This document shows positions 18,981 through 32,184 of a DNA stretch of 64,000 nucleotides, in pieces (the stretch's first letter is position 1; each line of letters starts with the position of its first letter). The notes under the pieces were generated by a model. The model ran no database searches. It was given only the letters and a program-made list of their open reading frames with translations, and was not told the DNA's origin. The stretch spans positions 76,880,001 through 76,944,000 of the forward strand of contig OX597819.1 of NCBI GenBank assembly GCA_951406725.2, written 5' to 3'. The position numbers and the translations under genes are program-made. This DNA is from Octopus vulgaris (lineage: Eukaryota).

Positions 18981-19395
18981 AGGCGCAGGCATAGCTGTGA
19001 AGTCAAGGAACTCGTTTTGTAGCCGCGTGGTTTCGGGTTCAATCCCACTGCACGGTACTTTGGTCATGTGTCTTCTACAAAAGCACCGGGTCGACCAATA
19101 CCTTGTGAATATGTAGAAACTCTGTCGTGTGTGTCTGTGTGTATGTGTGAGTATATATGAGAGAGAGAGAGAGAGAGAGTGTGTGTGTGTGTGTGTGTAT
19201 GTGTGTGTGTGTGTGTGTTTGTGATTGTGATTGTGTTTGTCGACTACCACTGTTTGACAACTGGTATTGGTTTGTTTATTGGCCGATGGAATAGGAACCA
19301 AACTTGTAAATAAGTCCTGGGGACAAGTTGTTCAACTAAACCCTTCAAGGCGGTGCCTCGGTTTGGCTGCAGTCCAATGACTGAAACAAGTATTA
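18981..19395 (+). mobile_element. SINE family A
   Basis: ggcgcaggcatagctgtg head through gactgaaacaagta tail. Confidence 0.8.
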
Positions 19396-19437
19396 AAAAA
19401 AAGGCGATTAAAGAATGTGGGTTCTGAACTTTGATAG

Positions 19438-19848
19438 CTATTTCTTTATTACCCACAAGGGGCTAAACATAGAGGGGACAAACAAGAACAGACATAGGTA
19501 TTAAGTCGATTATATCGACCCCAGTGCGTAACTGGTACTTAATTTATCGATCCCAAAAGGATGAAAGGCAAAGTCGACCTCGGCAGAATTTGAACTCACA
19601 ACGTAACGGCAGACGAAATACCTATTTCTTTATTACCCACAAGGGGCTAAACATAGAGGGGACAAACAAGGACAGACATAGGTATTAAGTCGATTACATC
19701 GACCCCAGTGCGTAACTGGTACTTAATTTATCGACCCCAAAAGGGATGAAAGGCAAAGTCGACCTCGGCAGAATATGAACTCACAACGTAACGGCAGACG
19801 AAATACCGCTAAGCATTTCGCCCGGCTTGCTAACGATTCTGCCAGCGG
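19438..19848 (-). mobile_element. SINE family B with tandem ~184-bp internal duplication
   Basis: ctatttctttattacccacaagggg... occurs at 19438 and 19622. Confidence 0.85.
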
Positions 19849-19859
19849 CCAAAACGCTA

Positions 19860-20398
19860 CTGCTGTCGCCGTCTAATAACCATGGTCACTAATAGTCTTT
19901 CTTCTCCCATCTCCTCCATGATCGAATCATTAATCTTACAAGGCCGCCCAACTGATCCGCAGAGTTCGCCTGTTGCATGTCATCTCGAACGCTTCTTCAA
20001 TCGCTTGGTGTCGGCCGCTCTTACTGTCCCTGCTTCACACTAACGGCAACGTTACTGGCCTGAATGGCAAAGATTCTTTTCTTTTCTTTTCTTTTCTTTT
20101 CTTTCTTTCTTTCTTTTTCCAGGAGTTTCAGCTTGATACTTTTATTGAGGGTGCACTCACTCAATATCACTCTCTTTACTCTTTTACTCTTTTACTTGTT
20201 TCAGTCATTTGACTGCGGCCATGCTGGGCACCGCCTTTAATCGAGCGACTTTGACCCCGGGACTTATTCTTTTGTAAGCCCAGTACTTATTCTATCGGTT
20301 TCTTTTGCCGAACCGCTAAGTAACGGGGACATAAACACACCAGCATCGGTTGTCAAGCAATGCTAGGGAGACAAACGCAGACACACAAACACACAGAC

Positions 20399-20453
<55 letters not shown>

Positions 20454-21400
20454 CGACGGGCTTCTTTCAGTTTCCGTCTACCAAATCCACTGACAAGGCT
20501 TTGGTCGGCCCGAGGCTATAGTAGAAGAGACTTGCCCAAGGTGCCACGCAGTGGGACTGAACCCGGAACCATGTAGTTGGTAAGCAAGCTACTTACCACA
20601 CAGCCACTCCTGCGACTTGAGAAATCTTTAAAGCTGCACTTAGTCTTTCCGTAATTTCCTAGGTGCAGCCTAGTGTTTCGCCAACAATTGAAACAAGTAC
20701 TTAGATTTGTCAACCTGAGCTATATTAATCCCTTAGTATCATGTGGTAAGTTGCTCTGGTTCCATCGTGGTTGTCATGATCACGTTTTGGGGTTTTGTTT
20801 TCTTTCTTTTTGAGTCGATCTTTACCTGAAACTCACTTGAAACGCGACTAACTTTATCAATTCAAATCTGAATTGCAACCGATCCATTTAAGATCATTCA
20901 CTAACTTGCAAATCACCTCCTCTGAGTACAGTTCAAAGCAGATGGCGGAAACAAGACATTCTAACCAAACTCTTTTTTTCCTGATAGTAAGCCAATCCGT
21001 AAGTTCAGGCTACACTCTAACATAGAAAAGTACCGGTATGTCAAATAACATATCTTTCCACCTCTGACAATATATCATAACAAAGTAAATGGCAATTAAG
21101 ACCAGATTCGCCTGAAAATGGGTGATAATCTCTCGACTCAAGTATTCTCAAAAATTGACACTCCATTGAGGAAAAGGACAGGCTTATTGTTTGGTGATAA
21201 TAGACGGGTAATCGACATGAGTGTCTGGATTAATATCCTTCATCAGCACAGCAATTGTCCGACCTTATCTCCAGTAGTCAAAGGATTTATAGGAAACAGA
21301 GCAGAAAGCAGTTATGGTCTAAGTAATTTGCATAGACAAAAGTCAGCAAAGAGAAATACAATACTACGAAAATTCTTCATTTATTAAAACCATCTTCCAC
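19860..21400 (-). mobile_element. Highly decayed RTE-clade LINE RT (split by a SINE)
   Basis: Minus-strand RKKRVWLECLVSAICFELYSEE (cf. GVRQGCVLSP.LFNLYSE) and EAFEMTCNRRTLRISW (cf. EAFEMWCYRRMLRISW). Confidence 0.65.
20170..20633 (-). mobile_element. SINE family A inserted into an RTE LINE
   Basis: Near-consensus copy flanked by RTE-like sequence on both sides. Confidence 0.8.
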
Positions 21401-22485
21401 TCTAACAGCTACCTGGTGGTCTGTGCATCTAGTAATAGTGTAGGTTAATGTTTGCTGCTCTCTAGCCGGATATAACTGGACGGGAGTTTTAATCTCAATA
21501 GTCTGGCAAGACTCCGACAAATGCGATCATAAAACCTCACTACCTGCGAGTGCTTACGAGGAGGCGAAGGCTAATGGAAGAGCTGGAAGAGAATTCGCGG
21601 CCCATCGACCCTATTCAACCACAAAAGAGCGTGAGGACACAACAAATGGATAAAACGATGGACGGTGACCCTGAACTCTCACTGAGCTTTAAGAGATGAG
21701 CCAGCCACAGGAACCTTTGGATGAAATGTTAGCTCTTCTTTATACTTTTTCCCCCACACATACCTATTGACATAAAACCCTTCTGCTGAGCTAACTTAAT
21801 CTTGCTTCTACCGTGGTTAAAGACATATTGACCCAAAGCTTGAAGCTAGAAAGATCCACAATGATATAAGCAGGGGAACCTATGAGCAGCATTGACCTAA
21901 AACGCTCAGTATGAATATGATACACCTATAATATCCTGCCAAGTGAGGACGACGACGACGATGATGATGATGATGGTGGATGGTGTGTGTATGTATGTAA
22001 TTATATTAGCATAGCTAATTATAAATAGAGGGTATGAAGTTAAGTACTGTTTGGAATGTACTCTCTTAAAAATGCACTTAAAATACATGTAAAAATATAT
22101 ATAAAAGTGCATGTCTAAATATAGCAGAAATGTTACAGAGATGAGGACATCCGTTAACAGATGTATATGATGTGTGGGTAAGGGTGCCAGAATGTGTATA
22201 AAATAGTTAAGTAAAAGAAATACAGAATAATAAATAGAGGTATGGAAACAATCACGATTAAGTCAGGTATATATGGGTTTCATTAGTAAAAGCAGAGGCA
22301 AGATTAAGAAGCTTCTATTATCTAAAGATAGATGTGGGAAGAAAATAACCCAGAGAGTACAGAGTAGAGCTAGCATTTTGTCTTGATTTTTCCTTTTCGT
22401 ATTCATCGAAATCGATGTGGGCAAAACAATTCATATAAAAATTTTCTGACTTCGTAAAGTTTCTGTTCCATTTTTAGTGGGTATG

Positions 22486-22645
22486 GGCGCAGGCGTGGCT
22501 GAGTGGTTGAAAAGCTTCTCAACTACGTGGTCATGGATTCAGTCCCACTGCGTGGAATCTTGAGGGAAGTGTCTTCTGCTATAGCACCGAGCCCGACCAA
22601 AGTCTTGAGAGTGGATTTAGTAAACGGAAACCGAAAGAAACCCAT

Positions 22646-22676
<31 letters not shown>

Positions 22677-22940
22677 ACGTATGTATGCATGTATATATGT
22701 ATGCATGTGTGTGCGCGCTCGCGCGTGTGCGTGCATGCGTGTGTGTGTGTGTGATGTCTTTGAACGCCACTACCGTTTGAAAACAAGTGTTGGTTTGTTT
22801 AACGTAGCGGTTCAGTAAAAGAGGTAAATAGAATAAGTACTAGGTTTTTAAAAAGTACTGGGGTTCGATTTGATCGACTAAATCCTTCAAAGGGATGCCC
22901 CAGCATGGCAGCAGTCTAATGATTAAAAGCAAGCAAGTGA
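22486..22940 (+). mobile_element. SINE family A
   Basis: Head, microsatellite-bearing body and tail recognisable. Confidence 0.8.
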
Positions 22941-24382
22941 TATTGATAAACGGTGATTCTACGCTGTGCTGGGGAAACATTTATAGAATCGATTTACCTC
23001 TTGTGAGAGGTTATATGAACTCGACTAATGATAACTAATCAACGAAATTTATTAGTGCTACCGAATGTATATGAAGCTTCAATCCTTTCTTAGTTCGAAA
23101 ACATACAAATTTAAATCATACAATATGTAGTTATGTAACTGATGCCACTCCCTATAATTACTGGTCTTATGCCAAAATTTGAAACCATTATTAATACTAC
23201 CATCGTAAAGATACATTTCAGTCATAAATGATCTTGGGAGTGCACCGAGAAATTTCCCCTCCGAGGCACAAGTCCGGGCAAGGTTGCTTATGGAAGACCA
23301 CCAGTCTGATGGAAGACCATGACTGCCCTCCCCTCTCCACGCCACCGATGTTATCCAAGGGAAAGAAAAGGCTGATACTGCTTGGCACCAATGATAATAC
23401 AACTCGTTTCTACAGCTGGGTGAGCTGGCAGCAACGGGAAATAGTGTCTTGCTCAAAAAATAAAGTGTCTCGCTCAACACACAGCCCGGTCCGGGAACCG
23501 AACTCAGTACCTCATGTTTGTGAGCCCGACGTTAATTAATTTATTGTGATGTTATTATCAAGTTTGTGAAGGCCGCTAAATCACAGGTTCGATTTCTGGA
23601 CCGAGCGGCACGTTGTATTCTTCGGCAAAACACTTCATTTCGCGTTGTTTTGCGACCATTTCGACATCTGACGTGTGTCACACTTGTGCACCTATACAGG
23701 CAATGTCGATTTGATGTAGTGAGAGAGCAAATGTACAACACATACATTTGATCACTATAAACAAATCATTTGGGCAGAACGTTCGGCAAAAACTGAACAC
23801 TCATACTTCGTCTTCGACAGGAGATTCCATCGCATCATTATCAGGTTTAAAGCGTCGAGCTGGCAGAATCGTTAGCAAGCCGGACAAAATGCTTAGCGAC
23901 GTTTCTTCCGGCTTTACGTTCTGAGTTCAAATGTCACCGAAGTCGACTTTGGTCTTAATCCTTTTGAAATCGATACCATAAGTACCAGTTGAGTATTTGG
24001 GATCAATGTTATCGACTAGCCCCTTACCCTAAAATTTCAGGCCTTGTGCGTACATTGGAAAGGATATTATTATCAAGTTTGTAAAGGCAGCACAGATGGT
24101 AACGCGCTGAGTAAAACTAAATTTTGTTGATAAATAATCAAGTTCAGATCCTGCCTGTATCCCATCGTTGATCTACAGGAAATATTTACGATATTCAGCT
24201 CGATAGACAACAGCTACTCCAACACATCATTGGTGTGTGTGTGAGCACAAATTATATTAAGCAATATATTTATACAGGGTCAAGGTATCACAATCATCGG
24301 TGTACACTAAAATCCAAGCAACGTAGTTGGCAGACTGTAACAACGACAGTACTTTTTCGTTTTGTTTTTTTTTTATTACCTA

Positions 24383-24752
24383 CTAGCAGTATCTCCCGGC
24401 GTTGCTCGGGTTTGTAAGGGAAATAACCATAAAGCATTTTTAGAGTTATAGCCAAAAAATGGGAAAAAAATGATGGTAAATTTTTTTTTTAGTTAAAAAG
24501 GTCGAGTTGCGTCCCCTAGACAGTCTGTGGTTTGTGTTTCTGATTCTCGACCCCATGTCGAATTTATCGATTTTTTTCAGAACTGGGGGAACTTTTCAAA
24601 ATTTTCGCTGCGTTAGTTTTGAATTATGACATTGGGCTATGTGTGTGTCAAGTTTCATCAGAATCGGTTGAAAGCCGTGGTCAGGGTGAGGGCACAACCT
24701 AACAGACACACAGAAACACACACAGACAAACTGCCGTTTATATATAGAGAGA
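24383..24752 (-). mobile_element. Non-autonomous Helitron (370 bp)
   Basis: Minus strand A|TCTCTCTATATATAAA start, 3' hairpin CCCGAGCAACGCCGGG (24395-24410), CTAG|T end, A/T insertion site, internal (CAGA)-like repeat. Confidence 0.85.
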
Positions 24753-25311
24753 TTAACAGGCGTACATCGAAATCTTTAAGACAAATACAACACGTACAGT
24801 CAATACACAACGCTAGTACTTTTTCCTCAGTATGACAGTTGTTATTCCAACTCCATTTCAGATCACATGTAAATCACGAGTTTATCATGCATGCAGACCC
24901 CATTTCAGCTAATCAGAGTTCAGTTCTAGAATTTTCTTTAAACAGAGACATTTAGCGCGCAAATCCAGATTGAATTTGGATTTCGGTGCGTTCGGTCCCA
25001 GGTGAATTCCTCTCGCTAATAGCTGTTTTCACAGTGCATACTCATACCAGCATGAATTTCCTAAAAGCTGTTTTCACAGCTCTGTACCCAACTTGTAGAT
25101 GGAGGAAGAATCAATGTAGCCATTGATCAACCTAATCATCAATTATCTGTTGAGGATCTCTAGCACTTATAAAACACTCTGTCTGTATTTCATGAAACCT
25201 TGTAAAAATGTAGCAATAAATGTATATAAATTGACACCAAATCTTTGTCATAAACAACGCTACAGGATTATTTGGCCTTTTCCCTAAATTTTGTTTGTCT
25301 TCCCAACGATA

Positions 25312-25522
25312 CCTATTTCTTTACTACCCACAAGGTGCTAAACACAGAGAGGACAAACAGATTAAGTCGATTAGATCGACCCCAGTGCGTAAGTAGTACT
25401 TATTTAATCGACCCCGAAAGGATAAAAAGTAAAGTCGACCTCGGCGGAATTTGAACTCAGAACATAGCGGCAGACGAAATACTGCTAAGCATTTCGCCCG
25501 GCGGGCTAACGTTTCTGCCGGC
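25312..25522 (-). mobile_element. SINE family B
   Basis: Reverse complement of the family B consensus. Confidence 0.8.
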
Positions 25523-26181
25523 TACTTGACAATGTTGCTATTTTTCTGAGTTATAATGTTTAACTCACCCTTTCCTTTACTTCTTCATTCATTCGATTAA
25601 ATCTTAGTATCTTCAAGTTTAAAGAATGCTTTTAGGTAGCCATTTACCAAAGTTTGACCCCTTTCAATCAAACCAAGGTAAGCTAAACAAATTTAATTAT
25701 AAGCTTCTGACATATTCTTCATTAATTTTTAGTTTAACGAATAATATTTTATTATCATCATTTAGCCTTACCTGTTTGCTTTCACTTAAGCTACGGTAGA
25801 CTAAACAAATTTAATAAAAACTCTTTCGAAATCTAAATGTTCCTTTCGCATTTCGCTTAGTTTACAACTTTTCGTTTACTTACTCTATTAGATATTTTAA
25901 AACTAAAGCGTAATATATTGATTGACAGACTCGTAGCCTCAGGATTGTTAACGCTAGTTACATTAATATAATTTACTTTTCCCCTACCCATCATCCGAAA
26001 ACTGTTCATATTCTTTTCAATTTCAAATATATAACCTATCTATTTGCCTTTAGCTTCTATGCTAATGTAGAATTTAATGGTTTTAATTATACACTTCACC
26101 TCTTTTCCACCTCTATTTCTATTGTCGTTCCCGCTCAGTTTCCCTTTTTAATTTCTTTCTTTTTTACTATCGATCATTAAA

Positions 26182-27602
26182 CACATCCCTCGACTATCGC
26201 GGGTGTTACGTTCCAAACACCCCTGCGATAGGTGAAAATCCGCGAAATAGAAACAGCACTGTTTATATATATTTTCTATTATTGTAATTTGTATTTCATT
26301 ATTTTTATATATTTAAGCTTTTATAAACCCTCCCCACACCCTTAAGAGTACCCGTGTCTCTCTTTTATATTTTTTGCAGGTAAGGAGCATAGTGATGGGC
26401 AGTTGCTGGCACTGCTTTTTTATTCTGTGTAAGGAAGTTTTTTATAAACTTCCATGGCTCCGTCGATTGCATTTCTGAACTGCAACGCACGAATCATATG
26501 GGGGTTCCAATCTTCTCTGAAGTTTTTTTGCCGTCTTTGCTAGAGCTGAGAGGCTTTCTAGTGATAGGCCGACTTCTTCTTCTTCCTCTAGATCCTCTTG
26601 TTCTTCTACTTCTTCCTCACTTGCTGATTTCTCTGATAGAGATGTATGGAGATCTCTATCAGATCTTCATGGTCCTCGATCAGGTTGTTAACGTCCTCGG
26701 TAGTCATATCGGTGAAGCCATCTCCTCTTAGCAATTTTGTCAGCTTCACTGCCTTATCTACTGCAGAGTGATGGATTTTGTCAAGAGAGAATCCTTTATA
26801 GTTGGGGACCGCTTCTGGCCACAATTTCTTCCAGACGGCATTCAAAGTTTCGTTCTTCATCTCTTTTATGGCCTTCTGAATATTTATATTTTGGAGACAC
26901 GTTACAATGGTGTACCCAAACCAGTGCTCCTTCAGCGAGAAGTTATCATCTGAGTCCATAGTCTCGGTAAGGGGTTGCAGGGAGCTTCGCGCATAGAACG
27001 CCTTAAAAGAAAGAATAATGCCTTGATCCATGAGCTGGATCAGTGAATTCGAGTTGTACGCCCTCATACGACAGGCCGAGCGCGTGACCTCCAGCATTGT
27101 CCATAAGGAGAAGCACTTTGAATTCCTGTCCTTTTTCGGCGAGATAAACTTTGACTTCGGGGATGATGCACTGGTGAAACCAATCTGATGTCAGTGGTTT
27201 CGCTATCCATACCTTCAGGTTGTGCATCCAATGCACTGGCAGCAGCTTATTTTTGTTTTTGAGGGCCCTTAGGTTTTTGGACTTATAAATAAGCCCTGGC
27301 TTTATCATAAAGCCTGCAGCATTTCCATACATTATAATTGTGACGTGATCTTTGTGCGCCTTAAATCCAAGGGCTCTGGTCTCCTCCTTCATAATGAAAG
27401 TCCGTGACGGCATCCGTTTCCAAAAGACGTCAGTCTTATCTATACTGAAAACTTGTTCATGCGAATATCCCCCTTCCTTAACAATGGTCTTGAACGTCTC
27501 GTTCACATATTCCTCAGCGACGAGTTTGACAGCAGAGGTAGCTTCTCCATACAGGAACACACTCTTAATGTTGAACTTCCTTTGAAATTTATCAAACCAG
27601 CA
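26182..27602 (-). mobile_element. Tigger/pogo (CENP-B/DDE_1) transposon, 5'-truncated and frameshifted
   Basis: WFDKFQRK...YGEA...EQVFSIDKTDVFWKRMPSRTF...LLLMDNAGGH; SLIQLMDQGIILSFKAFY; NAVWKKLWPE. Tigger-like end catccctcgactatcgcgg at about 26184. Confidence 0.92.
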
Positions 27603-28092
27603 TATGCATATATATGCGTGTATATATGTATATGTGTGTGTACATGTATATGTATGTATATTCAAGGAGAGAGAGAAGGGAGAGAGAAGAGAGAGAGGGG
27701 AGACAGATAGACAGGCAGACAGAGAAACAGAGAGTCAACAGATGAGATCCAGAGATGCTCAATATAGAAAACACTTTGTAGTGCTCAAATGATTTAAACT
27801 TACAGTCCGAAATCTTTACCGGGGAACTGAGTCAGCGGGTAAAAGGGTGGTTAAAAGAAGAATCCAGGTGAACAGATATGGAGATAATGATGCAAATAAG
27901 CAAATAAAACCGTTTGGGTAAGACATACAAAATATACATACATATATACTTGTAAACAGAGAGAAAACAAAGACTGAAAATATTCAGACGATGAATGTTC
28001 ATGAGTACACATATAAATGTTTATATATTAACAGAGCAAAATTACATACAGTACAAAAACACGGAATATTAAGGTGAGAAGGTATAGTTTTA

Positions 28093-28205
28093 CAGGTCCG
28101 ACAGCTGTTTCTGGGGGCTCGGAATTACTTCATAATGTTGGCAGACGTTCGCAAAAAGTCAAGGATATAAACATTAGGTTGATCCGATCCCCGTCTTCAG
28201 ACTGG
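28093..28205 (-). ncRNA. Hammerhead motif with extended stem II
   Basis: CUGAAGA-C-GGGGAUCGGA...UCCGAGCCCC-CA-GAA-ACAGCUGU-C. Stem I is weak. Confidence 0.55.
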
Positions 28206-28511
28206 AGAGATGAATATCTAACATTTCAAATCGCAATGCAGGGACATTTAAAGATAGATTGGGCAAAGAGGGAGGCAAACAGAAGTAAATGGAAGGAAGA
28301 AGTAGGTAGCTCGATGGAGATGAGGGGAGTGTTGAAGCAAGGAAGAGAAAGAAGAGATACGATCGTCAGTTCAGGTGGAGGGAGGTGGTGGGTGATCAAG
28401 GTATTGAGAGTAGGAGTGGAAAGTTCGGAAATGAGTGGTAGGGGTAGGATGGGTAGTATTGTAAATAGTGGTCGTTGTTGTTGTTGGGTTTGGCAGCAGA
28501 TGTTAATTGTT

Positions 28512-29402
28512 TGGGGTGTACCCAAAAGTAAGCGGGAACGACCTCTGTGGGACAAGCCCGTTATAGTTCAGACTTCCGCCGCTAGAAGACACTTGATGCG
28601 ACCCACAGGCATCGGTCTGCCGACCGACGTTGTCCAGTGGGGGGGTCATACTTCCACGTGATGCGTCTTTGTTTTGCAGTGCTTCTCCTCTGTTCGTCGA
28701 TTTTTGCGATTGCTGAAACGAAGAAACAGCGTGCTTCCGTTAAATTTTGTTTTCTGCTGGGGAAAACGACAGCCGAAACAGTTGTGATGCTTTAAACAGC
28801 TTACAAGGACGTTATCATAAGCAAAAAAAGAAAAAAAGACAGGTTTATAAGTGATTTTCGCGCTTTAGGAATGGTCACTTGTCGTTTGGGGACCAACTTT
28901 GTTCAGGGCGACCATCGACTTTCCGAGCGAATGAAAACATCATGAAAATTCATGAATTGTTCTTGGAGGGCCGTCAACTAACAATCGATGAACTTGTTGA
29001 TATGACTGGTGTGTCCTGGAGCTCCTGCCTATGAATTTTGAGAGAGAAATTGGGAATGAAAATAGTTGCAGCAAAATTTGTGCCTCGCTTGTGCCTGTCG
29101 TGAACTGAAAAAACAGGTGGAAGTTGATCCAGACCTTTTTACGAAGGTCATCACTGGTGACGAAAGCTGGTGCTACGGAATTTGCAAATGCGGAAGAGGT
29201 GAAGAAAAAAAACGACGGAGGCGTTAAAAGGTATCACTTCACAAGAGTTCCAGCACTGTTTCGAATAATGGAAAACGCACCTGGACCGATGCATTGCTTC
29301 AAATAGATAATACTTTGAAGGCGATAAAAGTGTAAACATGTAAAACTAAGTGAATAAAATAATATTACAAAGTTCCAGTTTCTTTTGGGTACCCACCTCG
29401 TA
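28512..29402 (+). mobile_element. Internally deleted mariner transposon
   Basis: KQRASVKFCFLLGKTTAET, SGRPST, AAKFVPRL, VITGDESWCY, YFEGD. TIR-like ends ggggtgtacccaaaagtaa / tttcttttgggtacccacctcg followed by TA. Confidence 0.9.
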
Positions 29403-29749
29403 CACTATTGGTTGCATATATTTGACTTTTTGCGAACAATTTCTACCAACATTATGAAGTAATTCCGAGCCCCTAGAAACAGCTGTCAGACCTGTAACAC
29501 TACAGCTTCACCACTTAATTTTCTGTCTTTGTCCCGTGTCAGTTTGCTCTGTTACAAAATATCTATATATTTATACATGAATATTCGTCTCTAGTTTTTG
29601 TTTTCTCTCTATCTGCATGTATATGTTTGTATATTTTGAAGACCAGGCGGTTTTATTTGTTTATTTGTATCATTATCGCTTTCACTCTCTCTCGCTCGCT
29701 CTCTCTTTCATTATGTGTGTATGTGTGTACGTATGTATGTCTGTAGGTA

Positions 29750-29970
29750 GATCAGAAACGTTAGCACGCCGGGCGAAATGCTTAGCGATATTTCGTCTGC
29801 CGTTACGTTCTGAGTTCAAATTCTGCCGAGGTCGACTTTGCCTTTCATCCTTTCGGGGTCGATAAATTAAGTACCAGTTACGCACTGGGGTCGATGTAAT
29901 CGACTTAATACCTATGTCTGTCCTTGTTTGTCCCCTCTATGTTTAGTCCCTTGTGGGTAATAAAGAAATA
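29750..29970 (+). mobile_element. SINE family B
   Basis: Near-consensus copy. Confidence 0.8.
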
Positions 29971-30239
29971 GGTATGTCTGTCTGTCTGTCTATCTATCTA
30001 CATACATATATATGCATATAAGTGTATATATTTGAGTGTGCGTGTGTATGTATGTATGTATGTATGTATGTATGTATGTATGTATGTATGTAGGTAGGTA
30101 GGTAGGTAGGTAGTTATGTGTATTTGTCTATTTATTTATCTATATACATATTTGTGTGTGTGTGTGTGTGTGTGTAAAGAAATAGAGAAAAGCTCTGACG
30201 AGGAGATATCAAGTCAGCCTTTCGTTGTTAGTGACTTAA

Positions 30240-30515
30240 CACTGAATGGAGCAACGATTGTCCGCCTCTTAACATTACAACATGCGAGTGAGTAACAGTA
30301 CACAGTGTGTATGTTATGAATTGGTCCACTGCGGAAACAGTTTTCTTTCTTTCCTGTGTATGGTATGGAAAGCGAAAACACTGAATGGAGCAACGATTGT
30401 CCGCCTCTTAACATTACAACATGCGAGTGAGTAACAGTACACAGTGTGTATGTTATGAATTGGTCCACTGCGGAAACAGTTTTTCTTTCTTTCCTGTGTA
30501 TGGTATGGGAAAGCG
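30240..30515 (+). repeat. Two near-identical tandem 139-bp units
   Basis: actgaatggagcaacg... at 30241 and 30380. Confidence 0.92.
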
Positions 30516-31756
30516 AAGAATTTGCCGCACTGTACAAAATAACTGAATCTTGTTTTCTAAATTTATGACTTTTTTCAGTTATGTAGCTATTCCGTTTTCA
30601 GTAGCTTTCTATGAATAGTGAATGAATAGTGAATGAATATATTTATGAATGAAAGAATGAAGAATGAATGGGTGAATGAATATATTTTTGAATGAAGGAA
30701 GAATGAATGAATGACGAGAAGATGTGATGTTAGTGTAGTAGTTTTGATCAATTACAACCATGCTGCAGGCTAATGATTTCGACTAGATTTTAATATTGCA
30801 CCACGGCTCCCTGCAATGGAGCCGTATCTATGCTAGAAAGATAATGAATCTTTAATTTGACAAATCCATAAGTCTGTAATATATTAAACTACAGATTTCA
30901 TCGTTTTCTTTTTGTTTTCTGTTCACGTATGAGTTTTAGACCAGTCAAGTAGCTAAAGAATGTGTCGTCGGGGGCAACCCTAGAATTTGTCACCCACCCT
31001 CGCCCGGGGCACTATACAACTTATACAAGTTTGTATAGCAGGCCCAAAAGTGCGAATCCCACAAAAGCGTCTCCCGAGGTGGGCAGACTCCCTTTCACCC
31101 AGCTACGCTACTGTTTTAGAGTCATCGATAGCGGGCAATTTCAAATTTGGAAGCGGGCGACATTCCACTTTCTGTTACTCGGGTCGTTAATTTTGGCATA
31201 ACGCTGTCTCTCAACCAGCAAGAAGTTGCATCTAATTTTCTCCTAAATCACACTCTACAATTTTTTCTTCTTCTTAAAAAAAATAATAAAAATAATAATA
31301 ATAAATAAATAAATAAAAGGCACAAGCAACACATTACCTTTTACTTCTTGCAGTCATTGGATTGCGGTCATGCTGGGGCACCGCCTTGAAGAATTTGGTC
31401 GAACAAATTGACCACAATACTTACTTCTAAGTCTGGTGCTTATTCCATCTCTATTTTGTCGAACCGTTAAGTCACGGGACGTAAACACCGGCTGTCAAGC
31501 GGTGTTAGGAGACAAACACAAAAATACACAGATGTATGGGTGTGTGTGTGTGTGTGTACTACGAGTTTCGTTCAGTTTCCGTCTACCAAATCCACTCAAA
31601 ACGGTTTGATCAGCCCGAGGAAACTTCTTAACCACACAGCTACGCCAGTGATTTAAAGAAATGGCCTTAGCCGGAAGGAATGCTTTTGATTGTAGCTATT
31701 TCGATCAGAACTGAACTTGGACTTAAAACAATGGTGATATATTTTATTATACACAT

Positions 31757-31830
<74 letters not shown>

Positions 31831-31877
31831 ATATATATATGTATCTGTAAATGTAATATGTAACAATTATTCGGTAG

Positions 31878-31943
31878 CCAAGATAAAACTTTGAGTTTCG
31901 GATGCCGAGGTGGAAATCCACGCCATCTCTTCAGTTATCCGGT
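31878..31943 (-). ncRNA. Hammerhead motif, left arm of inverted pair
   Basis: GAUAA-CUGAAGA-GAUG...CAUC-C-GAA-ACUcaaAGU-U-UUAUC. Confidence 0.65.
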
Positions 31944-32001
31944 CATATAATTTTTAAAATTATATGGTCGTACATAAAATTATATGCTGTACAAAAGGAT
32001 G

Positions 32002-32071
32002 GCCGGATAACTGAAGAGATGGTGACGTGGATTTCCACCTCTGCATCCGAAACTCAGAGTTTTATCTTGGC
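32002..32071 (+). ncRNA. Hammerhead motif, right arm of inverted pair
   Basis: GAUAA-CUGAAGA(32011)-GAUG...CAUC-C-GAA-ACUCaGAGU-U(32061)-UUAUC. Confidence 0.7.
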
Positions 32072-32184
32072 TACCGAATAATTGTCACATATTACATTTA
32101 CAGATAAATTCCTCTATTTACATAATATCGAGGTCTCTTTCTTTCCTTTGTTATCTTACCGTTTTTACCAATATATATATATTT

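Noticed and set aside
28074-28661. 195-aa + strand ORF
   Set aside because: It spans a pLTR, purine-rich sequence and a mariner TIR, so it is chimeric and has no domain signature.
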